NCBI GenBank assembly: GCA_025786725.1
Contig: JAHLTZ010000008.1
Span: 682,001 to 746,000, forward strand
Length of the DNA stretch: 64,000 nucleotides
Source: Syncephalis fuscata S228
Lineage: Eukaryota > Fungi > Zoopagomycota
Direction of reading: 5' to 3'
Below, piece after piece: positions 28,984 to 42,919 of the stretch. The translations under genes were made by a program, and so were the position numbers. The notes under the pieces are model-generated. The model saw only the letters and a program-made list of their open reading frames with translations, was not told the DNA's origin and did no database searches. The stretch's first letter is position 1, and each line of letters starts with the position of its first letter.

Positions 28984-29268
28984 TAATTGCTTATCTATTC
29001 CCATTTCACGCTGTACGACACCTTTTTTGTTTTCTACTATCATCTAGTTCTATATTCTATCTCTACAGTAATAATAAACATTTATTGACTAAATTGATTG
29101 TTTTTGCAAACTTGCAACTATCTTTGATGATAAGTGTAATAACTTTTAAAGATAATTGTTCTGTTTTAATATGACTATCGTCAATCTATACAATTCTAAA
29201 AGGTCACTGATTACGAATAAAGGTTGTCATTTATTACGCTTGTAACAATAGTTTAAATATAATATAAT

Positions 29269-30439
29269 CTATTGCCTAATAATAGAATTGGTAATATAAC
29301 TGGCCACTAATAATTGTACTCGTAATTTTTGATTATTTAAAATATTGCTACACCGTTTAGCCAGCTGTGTAAAGTTGCGAGTCAATTGTTTATGTATTGG
29401 TCTTGTCTCCATGGTTGTATGGCACTCAATAGTTGTCATTCCACAAAGTGGCACTCAATCTTCTTCTTGGGCAGTCTCTTTTGGTCGTGGTCATCGTATA
29501 CCAAATACTGGCAAAAACACAAGTGCACACAATATGTATGCTGTGTCAAATACAGCCACTGTTGCAGATATTTCAGTGGACTGTAGCCATAATCTAAAAG
29601 CAATATTGGCTGTATAACACACTGCAAATACGATATATATAACAAAGCCCAGTAATGCAAATAACTTCAACTAGTGCAGTGCATAATGGTTAGTACCTAG
29701 CATACTGGTTTTGTTCTGATATTTACTCGTATAAACCGATAACGACCTTTAGAATGCTTTTTGAGTTTGTAGACGTTTACTTCAAACCATACTTCTAATA
29801 AATAACCAGATTATTACGCTTGACTTACATAATATCCATTCAACTTACCAAATCCACCAAAAATGATAGTATTGAGCCAGGATAATACAAATATAATGGC
29901 TTACGCATTTATTTGATTATTAAAAAGTATTCTAAACCCATCAGAGCTTATATCACTGCCTGCTGCTGTAAATATGGCACGAGAAATGTTTAGATTAATA
30001 TCAAAAACAGTAATTAAACAAATATAACGGATTGGATTATATCGAAAGATTAGCATTAAATGAAGTAATGGTAAAGAAGAAAATTGAATATTAGCATTTC
30101 AGCTTCGGATATATCGGTATGTCAATTCATTGTTGCAATTTTAATTGACTTGTACTTAGTTAACGCATTATAAAATTGTTGCTCATTCTGATCCATGATT
30201 TAATCATTGATTGGTAAAAAGTAGCAGGTGTCAGTTGCGTTATCATGAGCAAGGATACTTGTAAGTCCTATGCCTTTGTATCGATAATAAAATTTTGGAT
30301 GAAGAAAGTGATTATTAAGCGGGAAAGTTAAATTGTGATAGCTATCTATAAAAGTAATTTTTGCGCTAATAGTCTTCAGCTGTGTTGAAAAAAAAGTGAT
30401 AAAAAGTAAGCATAATTTTTGGTAGTTTAAAAGTTGCAT
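29269..30439 (-). pseudogene. Degraded signal-peptide plus multi-TM membrane protein gene
   Basis: Signal peptide MQLLNYQKLCLLFITFFSTQLKTISA; spliced TM segments AIIFVLSWLNTIIFGGF|EVWF and LKLFALLGFVIYIVFAVC..AYILCALVFLPVFGIR. In-frame stops at 30200 (TAA), 30122, 29491 and 29455 (TGA). Confidence 0.6.
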
Positions 30440-31377
30440 GTTGTAAACTAAAGTAAAAACAGTTTGTGTGGGCTTTAATAATTAGATATGACTACTAATA
30501 TATATGGAGATCAAACACACGGCTAAGAATGCATCCCAATAGCACTAGTCTTAGGCCTAGGCTTTGTACAGTCATTTAACTTGAGTATGTGCAATGTCAT
30601 GTGTTTTTGCTAAAAGCACGCAAAACATGCTAAACATTGATAACATATGAAAATACATAATATATCAACTTAAATGTGCATGTAATTTGGCACAATTCTT
30701 TTTGGTTTCATCATTAATTAAACAAAAGAAATGAGGCTTTATTATTAGTCGTTAACTATTTGATCTGAATAGAATAAATGGTCCTGAATGGTGGTCCGTG
30801 ATTCAAATAAAAGATGAGGTAAACTAGAACACAAAAAAGCCATTGTTTAGATTATCACATAACAGTTTTTCCTGTTTTGTGCTTCATTTCAAAAACAGCA
30901 ACAATAACAACTTTGCCGAATAAGGCCCTGTGCAGTTAAAAGTAAGCGTTGTTTACTGGCTGTCGATGACTGAACAGTGCGGTAGTGTGCCCAAACACGT
31001 CTTATTTCAAACCAAAGCTACTAATTTTAATTCTGCACGTTTGAATTAAATTATATTTATATAACTGTATAGTACTGTCGCAATTCGGATATATAATTAA
31101 AAGTATAATAATGTAAATAGCAACGATGTAAACATATCTTTAAGTGGCGTTATTAATTATTATAATATTAAGCATGAGATATTTAAGACCGTATAGAATG
31201 AAAATCAACTATGACAATTCAAGTTTATTTCCATATACATAGATACACTATTTTATACAATATAAAAATGCAATTATGTAATTGTCAAATAGTTTATTTC
31301 AAATAATACTTCGTTATATATAGCTGTGTGTAAAAGTAAATGGATAAGCAAAATTTTATGGCTATTAATAATACTGG

Positions 31378-33561
31378 CTAATAAAATAGAAAATCAAACG
31401 TCTCTCTTTCTTGATCCGGCTGACATGATTTACTGGTTAAAGATCCATCTGGATTAATAGATGTGTATGTCTCTGGTGTTACGATGGGTGTATCTTCTTG
31501 GTTAGTGGTACTGTCGTTGCAACTATCTTCATTACCATCTGATGATGCTAATGAATAATCTAGATCATAATTGAAATTAACCATGATTGAGCGTGGGTCA
31601 AGCGAATGGGCTGTAGTGGTAGATAAGCTAGTGTTTGATGTATTCAATGTTTTTCGTGACTTTGATCTTCGATTAACTGTAACTTCTGACAGCCATAAAG
31701 ACTGTTCGTTATTTTCAGCTTCATCTATTTTCGTTTGCCATGCTTCAATGTGACTTGTTGATGACCAGCCAGGTTCTGGCTCCTGATCTGACCATAGTTC
31801 ATCTTTGTCAATTACCGGTAAGTTCCGTAGAGTACAATTATTTTCGTTTTTAATTTCTTTAAGATCGTTATTTTCTGTTGATTTCTGTTGTAACGCTTTG
31901 TTTGTGCCAATGAATGAGCCATAAGGCATTGAATCATCAGCAGAGTACTCTTCCTGCTCCAATACCCAAGAGTCATTGCTTTTACATCGTTTTATAGGCG
32001 ATCTTCTCTGTTTATCTTTTTTATCTGTAAATGGTTTTGTTATTTCAAGGCCTAGATTAAATCAGTTACAAAAATGTATCGTTATATTTATATTCAAATA
32101 CACACCTTTTACAGTAAACTGAGGATTAGATTGTAAAGTTTGATACATAGTGCTGCTGTTATTATTACTATTACTACCAAACTCCATGTTATTGTCAAAT
32201 GATACTCCTGGTATTACTCTTTCTTTATCTTGCTCAAAATAATACCGATCAATCGATGGATGCTGTCTTTTGTGCCAGTATTGTTTCATATTGGATATTG
32301 GCGATTTCGGCACCGTTGCTCCGGATATCCTGTCGTTTTGATAGATATTTGGCTCATTAAATAAGCTATCTATATTCTGCGACCGCATAGCTACTAAACC
32401 GCGTAATTCATAATTCTGCTTTGCTTGTCGATGAACGCTTTGTCCTACTTATATTATTACATTTATAAACCAAAAATAGAACTAGGCTACTTACCTAGAA
32501 ATGATATAGGCTTTTCAGCAATAAAGCGATCTTCTTCATTTGCTTCCAAATAATGATTGCTGTTATAATTAGATTCGATAGGATCTTGCGACGGCAATCT
32601 AGACCTTGTAGTTGCATACTGAGGCAATGGTTCATAGCTCAAATATTTATCACTGGTATGAGCGTTCAACAGCTGAGCTGTGGTCAATGAAGAGCCAATA
32701 GTATTGACAGTAAAATAGCCGTGCTCTTGATTAAAATAATAGTGAGGCTTTGAAAAAGTTTACAGTATTAACTATTTACATAATCAATCATCATAGTTCA
32801 AGTTTTACATACCATGTTATTGTTGTCTTCATTTAATGTATTTACAAAAGTATTCTGCTTACCAACACCCTTCTCTTCTCGTCTTTTAAATTCTATCATA
32901 TCATTTGTATCATTATCAACTAGCATTGAATCTTCCTCGGCGTCTGGTGATGTAAATTGATCAATCTCTTTGTTAACTATGTCATTATTTGGTATGGTAA
33001 TAGTAAAATTGTTATCTAGATAATGATTTTTACGATGCTGATGATGAAGATTAGAATATATTGTTCGTGCAGAATACTTTTTTGCTGGTGTCTGTGATCC
33101 ACGCAATCTTTTTTGTTTAGATCGTATTTTTTCTGTTGATTTGCTTGCTATACTCGTATAAAATCCACCAAAGCCGTTATTAATATCATCAACCGGTTGA
33201 CACTCCTGGTAGGCTGTCTTTTTTACAGTGTTATTGCGCGTTAAATGGCTTGTCATATTGTTGCTGTCATCATTAGTTGATGCAATGTCCAAAATGTATC
33301 ATTTTTAATTGATGTGGTTTCAGTGCTGATATCAATGTCGGACAGGCTATCAAAATCATACAAGTTATCATAGTGCTCATTATTATTATTATTGACAGTA
33401 ACTGGTGCATCTTTGGAGCTAATTTGTTTGGAATACTCAATAGGGCCTTCTAAATCAAAGTCTAGCTCGCAAAAGTCGTCCCACATCACAGGCTCCTCTC
33501 CCAGTAAACCATTTGATGCCATGAATGTTGTTTGCACGCTGTTGCAGCGTTGTTTTGGCAA
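31378..33561 (-). CDS. Multi-exon hydrophilic protein of unknown function
   Basis: Series of same-strand ORFs (33253-33561, 32798-33292, 32487-32687, 32062-32388, 31378-31962) separated by GT-AG intron-like gaps. No recognisable domain; 5' end uncertain. Confidence 0.55.
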
Positions 33562-34727
33562 ATGCTAATTGCTAATAAAAACTAAATCTGATGTTAGAAG
33601 CGTGAATGTATTGAATTAGTTCTATTTAGACATATTATACTAACCAGGGGGAGCTATATAGAGGTTCCTGCCTATTGTCCAGGGACTCTACAGCAACAAA
33701 GGAATGCAAACAAACAGTAATGAAAAGTGTTGAAAAACAAAGTGCTAGGAATTAACAGGCTAAAGAGAAATACTAGTCCATTGTCGGCTACTGGACCGCA
33801 TCCGCTTATGGAAAAGCGTGATACAGATTTTTCACAAGAAATGCTGTTGATAGATTTACTTTACATATCCAGTTTAGCTTGGTTCTTGAAATGTAAATTT
33901 TTCGTAAAAACTGTTAGCATCAGTAAATTATGTTATCTGTCCATGGTATTTTATGTCATAGTAACTTAAATTTAAAGCTTTCTAACTAATTAACTATTTG
34001 TATTTATTTGTTTTATTAGTACATTGTATTTTGGCAATAATAAATACTATTAAATGGCTATAACGGCAGATAAATTTCACCTTGCTATATTCTACTTGTG
34101 AGTTTAATGTTTAGTATAACAAATAAACACTTTTATGCTATTTTTAGAAGTCTGTTGAAGATAAAAATCTGACAATTATTCAGCAAAGAAAGAAAACATG
34201 TTTTAGATATCGTAGCTGCATCAGCGCTAAGAACCATCCAAGACATTGCATTGAGAACTTGTTTATATACGGTGACACAAAGAAAAACGCGGAAATAAAA
34301 CGGATGGCCATAGTAGTTTAGCAGCCGCCCCCTGCCAAATGTATCAGATGTTGCACATGCAGTGTTTTGACCCAACCATTCAAACAACCTGTTATAGCTG
34401 TTGTGTTGAGCTAGGCGTCTATATACCTTGAAGTGCCTAATGCTGCATTTTAAAAGGCAATTCATGTTGTGAAACAGGAGACACTAGAGCTTTCCTTCAA
34501 GGCATTGGCATTCGATGTAGAGCGAGCTTTTATAACGTGCATCCGCTTAAGCCGAACCAAACATTTGAACCAAAGTCCCTACACACACACTGTCGCCTAT
34601 CTATAGTATTAATTACCTGTAGTTTACCTTGAACAAGCTATTTCCGTTGTGATTTTTAAAGCGCTACAGCCTCGTCTTTGTTCATTATTAATCAAAATTA
34701 TTTATTAAATATTACCAGAATTATATA

Positions 34728-35705
34728 ATGCCAAATCTTGCAATAACCGGTGATATTAATTCATTTGATTATTTGATTAATTATGAGCTTTACAAAAAAG
34801 ATACTCGCCGATTTCCTACTGGGATTTATCTTCAACTTGTATTAAATACTATAATGTTTATTGTGTTTTTACGTAACTTCTACTATACCATTGGTCTAGT
34901 CATCAAATATCCTCGAAGGATTGCACCCTGGTGCTGCATGAGCACAACCACCATTGGTGTTCTTTTCTTTGGTATATGTGGCTTGCTTCATGCCCTCCCC
35001 GGTGGTCCTACTTGTCGCACGCTTTTGTGGGCAGTTATCGTTGGATTGACAGTAAATTCAGTATGCACATCAATTGTTTTACTTGAGCGCGCTTACTTAG
35101 CTCATCAATGCAACCGACGGTTATTAGGCGTAGGCGTCTGTCTTATTTTACTGGAGCCGCTGTTTTTCTATCTAATTGCTACAAATAGCGAAGTATTAGT
35201 GACAGCCAAATCTGGGTGTCATATCCACTTTTCCTACTATTTGCCACTGGTGCAGTTTTTTTTAAATGCCCCCGTCAACATGGTATTATCTATTGCTTTT
35301 CTAATTGTTGTGTATCGAAAATACCAACGTTACGGCGATAAATGCTGGCAAATGCTGATGCGCGAAGGTACCGTCACAATGCTATTGGTGTTAGTATCAA
35401 ACTTTTTATGCATGATACTCAATATTGTTCGTGTTTTTGGTGGCATCACAATTATACTTTACATAATTGAATGGTAAGATGGTGGCAATGACAAATGCTG
35501 ATATGATATTGTGTAATACTAACATGTGCTAATCATTAGGACCGTTGTCTCTACAATGATAATGGAAAGTTTACGAAGATTTGATACATTTACAAATCAA
35601 CCTGAATCCGAGAAAGCGTATACTATTAAGCTGGATAATACTTTTTTTGGTAGCAATATTGCCACAATAACCGTCGTTAGCTTTAATGAAACGGTTCACG
35701 AGTGA
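34728..35705 (+). CDS. Seven-transmembrane (GPCR-like) protein, 2 exons
   Basis: About seven hydrophobic segments, Cys in loop positions (GPTCR, SGCHI), LLERAYL after TM3. Intron 35474-35539; stop TGA at 35703-35705. Confidence 0.75.
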
Positions 35706-36278
35706 ATATTTTTAATATTAGATGTATCATACCTAATATAAGCGTTACTGTTCTTTGTCTGCGTATGTGGAATAAAAATAACTATATATGAAATTTACAT
35801 GTATTTTGGATTTTAAAGTGATAAATTTTAATATGATCATTATCAGAAATATGACCAATGTAGATATTACACGTTTAACTCTGTATTTTTTATTCTACTT
35901 TTCTATTGATACTAGGCATGTATTCATAAGCTGAAATCTAAATATTGATATTTAGCTTTGTTAGATTATAAAAATGATAAAAAGGTGATTAAATGATTAA
36001 GGCGTAGTAATATTGATGATAATATAGCATGTATATTTATATGCTTAAATAAACTGATTTGACATCTATATAAAATACATATAGCAATAAAGATATTATT
36101 TATTAATAAACATGTCTAGTAACTTATAGAATAGTATCAAGCTAAAAAATTAGATAAAATAAGTGTATGAATAACAATACTAAAGTTATAGTGTATACAA
36201 TTGACTGAGTACAATAAACAATAAACGAACGACATTTATTAATAGTAAGGGGGTATTATATGATACATTATGTGTAAT

Positions 36279-36420
36279 AGAATCAGTATATTATAAGAAT
36301 GATATAAATGGATAAAAAGAATATGCATATTGGATAATAAATATACGATAATGACAATTTAATCGTTAATATAATTTACCATTCAGTTCCATGCTCACTA
36401 ATAGAATGTTTAATTTCAAT
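36279..36420. repeat. Dispersed ~140 bp repeat, copy 1 (inverted copy at 54473-54614)
   Basis: ...aatatacgataatgacaatttaatcgttaatataatttaccattcagttccatgctcactaatagaatgtttaatttcaat is the near-exact reverse complement of sequence starting at 54473. Confidence 0.85.
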
Positions 36421-37347
36421 ATATGAATATTATTAGATTTAGCCATTTGCCTCCCAAAATCACAGTATAAATATTATTTTGTTAGCATCTTTCTTATAAT
36501 GACCACAAGAATGCAAAGAAAAAGAAAGCTAATGATAAAATTAGAAATAGAATTGAAAGTCGGAAACTCGATACAATGCCATAATAAGCTATTACTTTGA
36601 GCATGGCCATTGCTATTCTAAGCTTCCAGTTTCAGGCATAATTTTTTGATATGGTGGAGTACAATATCATCAAGTGAACATCAATTTAATGCCATCTAAT
36701 TCTCCTTACTTTATTGATAGGCAGACTACTGTTGATTTGTTTTAATAATATGGCTTTTAAACTCGTATACACATGTTCTATATTTATTGTGATATTCAAA
36801 CTAAGCGGTGCTTTATTCCAAGTGCCATCATCTAAAGCTATGAGCTGTCTTAATCGTTTTTATCTTATAGAAACCATACAATTGCTGGTTATTCGTAATG
36901 TGAAACATTAAAATTTGTGTTTAAATTTACAGCATTTGCTACGGGATTACTTTTGATATTGGCATTTAAAAATAGCAACCACACAAAGCTAGCATTAGTG
37001 CAACAAACCACGTCTTACCCGTTTTGCACTATTCAATATATATAGAAACAAGAATGCAATTCTAAAAAAATTGTTCCTCAAATTCTATGTTGGAATATCG
37101 GAGATTTGCTACTTTTGAATTACTTCCATGTGCTTTTTTACAATTTCTTGTTCAAAGCATGCATGCCATATTTGTCCAACCTTTATAGCAAATGTATCGA
37201 TTATCTTATAGCGTATTTCGCTATAAATATCTGCATTTTTAGCAGGTCTGCTTGTTTAACCATCACATCCTATTTCCTCACGTACTAGTTTTATAGAAAG
37301 CACAGCCTCTTATTCAACAGCTCACTTTTGACATAGTCGTGTTTACA

Positions 37348-38466
37348 ATGAAATCAATTCTTGCTATCACAGCTACTGCGCTCATGCTGGTATCAGCTAC
37401 TCAAGCCACACCAGTTAATGGCATGTTGATTTATTCAAAAATACTGGCAAGTATCTACATTAAATATTCTTGTTTTTAATTAACGGTATTATTTACATAG
37501 AACCCAATAAGGGTATAAGCGATGAATTTAAAAGTACACTTGATATGCATAATATTCAGTTAATAGGCGAAAAAATTATTATGGACAATTTATACTATCG
37601 TGAAGGAAAACAAAATGGAGAGCCCATTAGAGTTGCATGTGGAGCAAGGTCAAACGCAGACAATAAGGCTCTTAGATTATACAAGGTAAGTTTATAAGCA
37701 ATAGATATACAAAACCAATGATGCGTATGAACAACAGGATCTAATGGGTAATCATCCATTACATAATGAGGATAGCACTATTTCATTTGCTATACCTAAA
37801 ACTAGCTTCTTTACCGATAAAATCATTTGCTATGTTTTGCCATACTACGATTGTCAAAAGAAATTTGAAGCTATTGCTGAAGAATTTCAAAAAAACAACC
37901 ACAAGCATAGTGATGCTGATGAAGACAAAATGTTGCAGCTGTGGAAAAAGATTGCAAAAGGTACGAGCTTTATTGTTTGTATATATATTATAAACTAAAC
38001 TGCAATCAGGTTTAAACTATTTAAAGAAATTGGGATGGCATGCCCACATGAATATTGATGGTAAATATATCATTGCTTATTAATATTAATATTAATGGTG
38101 TTATCAGATATTTGCGTCAATCAAGACAAAAGTGGATACAAAATACACTTTCTCCGGTTTAGCCATTCCACTCCAGTAAATGAACGTATAAATGTTCAGA
38201 GTGTAAATCGATTTATTATAAGACACACCATAGAGACTATTGAGCATAATAGACAACTGGTTTTAATTAGTCTACTTGACGACGGCACACCAGAGTCAAA
38301 GAAATATGATTGGAAAGATTTATATGCAGAACACGGTGGTCGTATAGATTTCAATGACCCGTCCAAGAAAGTATTTATTTCTGACATTAGAAACCAGTTA
38401 AACCCTTATAAGCATACCATCAACAGTATGCTTCTTGGCCCAATAACGACAAATAACGTGTCTTAA
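37348..38466 (+). CDS. Secreted protein with a possible degenerate kinase-like fold, multi-exon
   Basis: Signal peptide MKSILAITATALMLVSATQA|TP. Spliced exons include CYVLPYY, LQLWKKIAKG|LNYLKKLGWHAHMNIDD|ICVN and KIHFLRFSHS, loosely resembling kinase subdomains V-VII. Confidence 0.6.
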
Positions 38467-39412
38467 AAATAATCGACATTTCTTCAAATAAACCGTAGCA
38501 TGTTATAGTCTAATGATTGCAACTGTGTAATATATTCTAATATTGTTTATTTATTTAGCAACTATTCGCACATTATAACAATATATTATACTAACAACAT
38601 TCAGCATGTTTTAAATGGTATATGTCTAGCATTAAAGTATAGTAAATTGTAAAGTAACTAATTAGTAAATCATTTAGCATTTACTTAAACATTGATGAAG
38701 TATTTCTAAACAGTGTATTGTATAAACCATCAATACCATTGTAATTGTAAACAGACATATAAATAGCTGCACTACTGTCTATCTATCGTTTCTATCTAAA
38801 TATTACAATTAGCTGGTTATTATTGTGTTATAAGTATTAATGCTTACACTGCACCATAACCGGTATTATCAGCAATCCCATTGCTATTGTATCTATATTT
38901 TGCCCTTATATTCGAATAGTTATAAAGGCGCTTTATGATTAGTCTACAATAGACAATAATATAAATTATGCCATTGATCAATATTCTTTTATGAGAGTAA
39001 ACTTTGTTTAATATTATGCTCCAATATATATCATTACGGCATAAATAAAGATGGAATGATATTACTATAATAGATTAAATAAACCGTACGTATATGTTAA
39101 TTGTATAATATCATTGATTAGTTATATTGCTAATATATCGACTTCACTGGATGTCACAGTTAGAGCATCAGTTATAACATGGCGAAATTAGTTTATAGTT
39201 ACATTATCAGTATTTACGGAAAAGTAGAGCTAAATAATATAAAGTCAAACGCGTAATCTACATTAAACCGAATCTTTCGAGTAATAATTATATCAAAACA
39301 GTAAATACTATTTTTTGATTGACACTCAAACAACTACCGCGATTTGTTTTTATTTTGCTTTACATATGCAAACTATTCCGGTAATTTGCAACATTACAGC
39401 GACAATTGATTC

Positions 39413-41142
39413 ATGAGTGCGCAGATACTCGCCAATGCTACCAATGCCGCCCAATGGGTGTGCAATTCAAACGAAGCAGTTCAATTACAATTGGGTAGGC
39501 ATGCAGATCGATGAACTTGTCCGCTCTAACTTGCCTCTAGTTAGTAGCGCCGAGGAATTGGACGCAGAGGACAGCGAGTCTATATTCGCTCCAACATTTA
39601 CCTATCCTATCTTTGGGCAGGAGGAACAGATTTTTGGATATAGTGGTTTACATATTGATGTACGTAGAATTAACTGTGCTATTACTGTCGAGCACAATTA
39701 ACAATACTGGTAATTTAGCTATGTTTCTCTGCCAGTTCACTATACCTCTATGTCAATATCGGTTACGATAAAAAATTAGACTCTAAAATTGGCGAGGCGG
39801 ACGATATTGAAAAACTATTGAGCGAGTTTCTGCCCGAAGATACAGGTAAGGCAATAATGGTATAACATTGTATATTTACTAACCATTGGAATAGCGTATA
39901 CTCGCGATAGAGGGCAGTTTGAAAAGCAGCTAAGTAAGGATGCTGAATCTTTCCAACCAATAGGTACTATGATACATAGTTATAGTCTTGAAGATACAGC
40001 TGATGATGAAACATACGAAATCTATTCGGTAAATACATTTTTGCTAATGATAATTGTCATTGCTAGCAATTAACACTGCCTGTTACAGACTCGATGGGAT
40101 AGCGATGAAGCGTCAGATCTTTGCATGCGAATTCGTCTATTTCCTTTACTTTACATTGAAGGTGCGCAATTCCTAGAAGAAGATTCAAGATGGGAAATTG
40201 TTACTCTGTAAGTGTATTGACTGCAAAAGCAATAACAGTAAAATAACGATATTATTGCTATTGCTATAAAGCTATGCCAAATTAAAAAAAGAAACGCCAC
40301 AGTATCGCTTTATTGGACTGTGCACTTTATATCACTTTTATCATTATCCAGATAAAGAACGAGCACGTATCAGGCAAGTGTATTGTGTATTAGTGTGTTG
40401 ATTTATTAACAATATGTATAGTCAATTTATCATTCTTCCACCATATCAAGGTGAAGGACACGGATGTAAGATACTGTTATTTAATAATCGAGCATAGTAA
40501 TAATTGCTCATTTGATTTAGCAAAATTATACAACTTTTTATTTGATCATTTGAAAGCAGATGAGCGTGTAGTGGATATCAATGGTATATTATTGATTTAT
40601 TGCTGCTTTACTCCAACTAATGACCATTTATCTAGTTGAGGATCCAAGTGAAGACTTTTCCGATTTACGTGATAAAAACGACCTTCGTCGTCTTATTAAC
40701 GATCCAGTTTTAAAGAATCTAGAAGCACCAGTTGCAGGCACTGTCGTTAATCAACTGGCCACCGAGTACAAATTAAATAAGGTATATAGAACAATGTATT
40801 GATATATATATATACCACTAATCTATAACTGGATCATATAGCGACAAACGGAACGATGCATAGAAATGGCCATGTTACGTCGCTTATCCACACGGGATGA
40901 ACAGCGGTTTAAACCATATCGTTTACAGGTCAAACAACGTTTATTCCAATTTAATCGAGTATGTGTTCAAATAATAATAAGAATATGATTAGTAATGTTC
41001 CTACTTATACATTTTCATTCAATAGGAAGCACTGGTTCAACTTGATAAACCGGAGCGATTGCAAAAACTACACGAGACATTTGAAGGTGTTCTTGAAGAC
41101 TATCAGCGTATATTGGAGTTGACCAAGCTTTCTAAAGATTAA
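39413..41142 (+). CDS. HAT1: Histone acetyltransferase type B catalytic subunit, about 10 introns
   Basis: WVCNSNEAVQLQL|V, FAPTFTYPIFGQEEQIFGYSGLHID, FPLLYIEGAQFL, YRFIGLCTLYHFYHYP, RARIS|QFIILPPYQGEGHG, VEDPSEDFSDLRDKNDL, YRLQVKQRLFQFN. Confidence 0.95.
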
Positions 41143-41231
41143 TACAATCATCGATGGTGTTTGTATCATTTATTAAAAGAATACGCAGTAAACAAGAATA
41201 GTTTAATTGACTTGTTAATAAAATTGTTTGA

Positions 41232-42739
41232 TCAATAATCATACGCGGGTCTATTGACTCGACTCGGTACTGGATAATTCCACAATCTCTCGTTGAATAG
41301 TAACTGTTTTGTGGTAGTCTTTGTTTGTTTTTGTAGTCCAAATAACTGGCCTATTTGGCTAAGTAGCTTAGGCTGAGTTTTTGATGATTCATTGGTTGCT
41401 GCTAAAGCCGATGGTGCAAGCACGGCATCCAATGGGAAAAAGAACTCAACAGCTCGGTCATCCAACTGTAGCCGTACCAAATACATGTAGGTCACCTCAA
41501 GTAAACGAGTCTTTACAGTGGGTAGCAATGAGGCTGGACATTCAAATTCACAAATTTGTCCAGAGACTTTGGTTAGGTTTGAAAAATGAATGGAGTGTTC
41601 AGTGGAAAGGATTTCCACACCAAGTGATATCGTATTTGCCGCAGCTGCTCGTTCTTCATCTTCTTTATCGTCTTCAGCATCGCTTACTTCGTCTTTATCT
41701 GGCTCTTGGCTGTAGATACGATCAGAGGAAGATTTATCCAAAGCACGATAACTATCAACACGATGTAAAATCAGTTGAATGTTTTTTAAACGAGATTCAT
41801 ATTGTGCTAAAATGGCATTTGCATCCGCTTGTGCATCAATTGTTCTTAATCTTAATTGGACCGGTACAGTGGTGCTGGGGATTAAACATGGATATGTTAA
41901 TGATGCTTCAACAGCAATTTGTTCATCGATACTACAATCAAGTGTAAATGGGTTTAAATTAATACCATTGTAAACATTGGTGCTGTCCGTATCATCGGAT
42001 GGTATTTCTAGTGCATCGGTATGGCGTTGACTAATAGCAGATGATGATGGCAGTTTTGTATATCTATACAGAGGTAAAATAAAATGCCATTTCATACGCT
42101 GTACAGGACCATTAACACGCTTACTAAAAGCAAAGGCCACTGATAACTTATAGCTGACACTGCCATGTGGTAGATTCAATGTACTGGGCAGATGGTCTGG
42201 TAGAGCAATTTCAAATGGTACTCGTAGGTTACCACGTGCTATTGCCGCTCGGATTGACTCAGATAGATCTTCAATTGATACTGCTTGCTCGTCTTTATCA
42301 TTTTGAGCATCATCATCGCTATCATAGGCTTCATCGCTGTTGTTAATATCTTCCACAGCGTTTTCCGCCTCCACTGCTTGGGTGGCCAAAGTGTCTTTAC
42401 TTTGCGTAAAAGTGTTGAGTGTAAATGGAATCGCGCATCTTCGGCTGGTCGATATTGGATTTTATCGCTGTTCTGAGCGTCGGCTACAAGTCCAGCATCA
42501 CCTCTATCATCAAGCAGGCTATTATCGGCCGTCGTCCATTCTTTACCCGCCAATTTAACGGTCAATGAGACGGGAATGACCGCCGGGATGGTGGACTCTT
42601 CTGTCTCGGGCCAGTCAACTTTAATCTCGCCATGTAGCGAGACGGGCGTCACTCCAAGCTGACCTTGGATAAAACTATCGGTACCTGGTAGTGTAGTAAC
42701 GGCCAGTACCGGTGCCGTCGTAGTAATGTCAATAGTCAT
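41232..42739 (-). CDS. Arrestin-fold protein (one apparent frameshift near 42400)
   Basis: SLHGEIKVDW..LTVKLAGKEWT, VPFEIALPDHLPSTLNLPHGSVSYKLSV, LLPTVKTRLLEVTYMYLV; C-terminal PAY motif. Confidence 0.7.
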
Positions 42740-42919
42740 TTGATAGGTGTATTTTTGGTTTAATACAATGATGAGCAAAGCAAAAGAAACAAACGAGTTG
42801 GTTCCAACTAGCAAGCACAGGCGGTGGTGATATTAAAGCGGAAACAATGACGGCACAAAGCACATCGTCACCCGTCGGACATATGACCAAGTATGATAAG
42901 CGGATTTACATAACTAATA

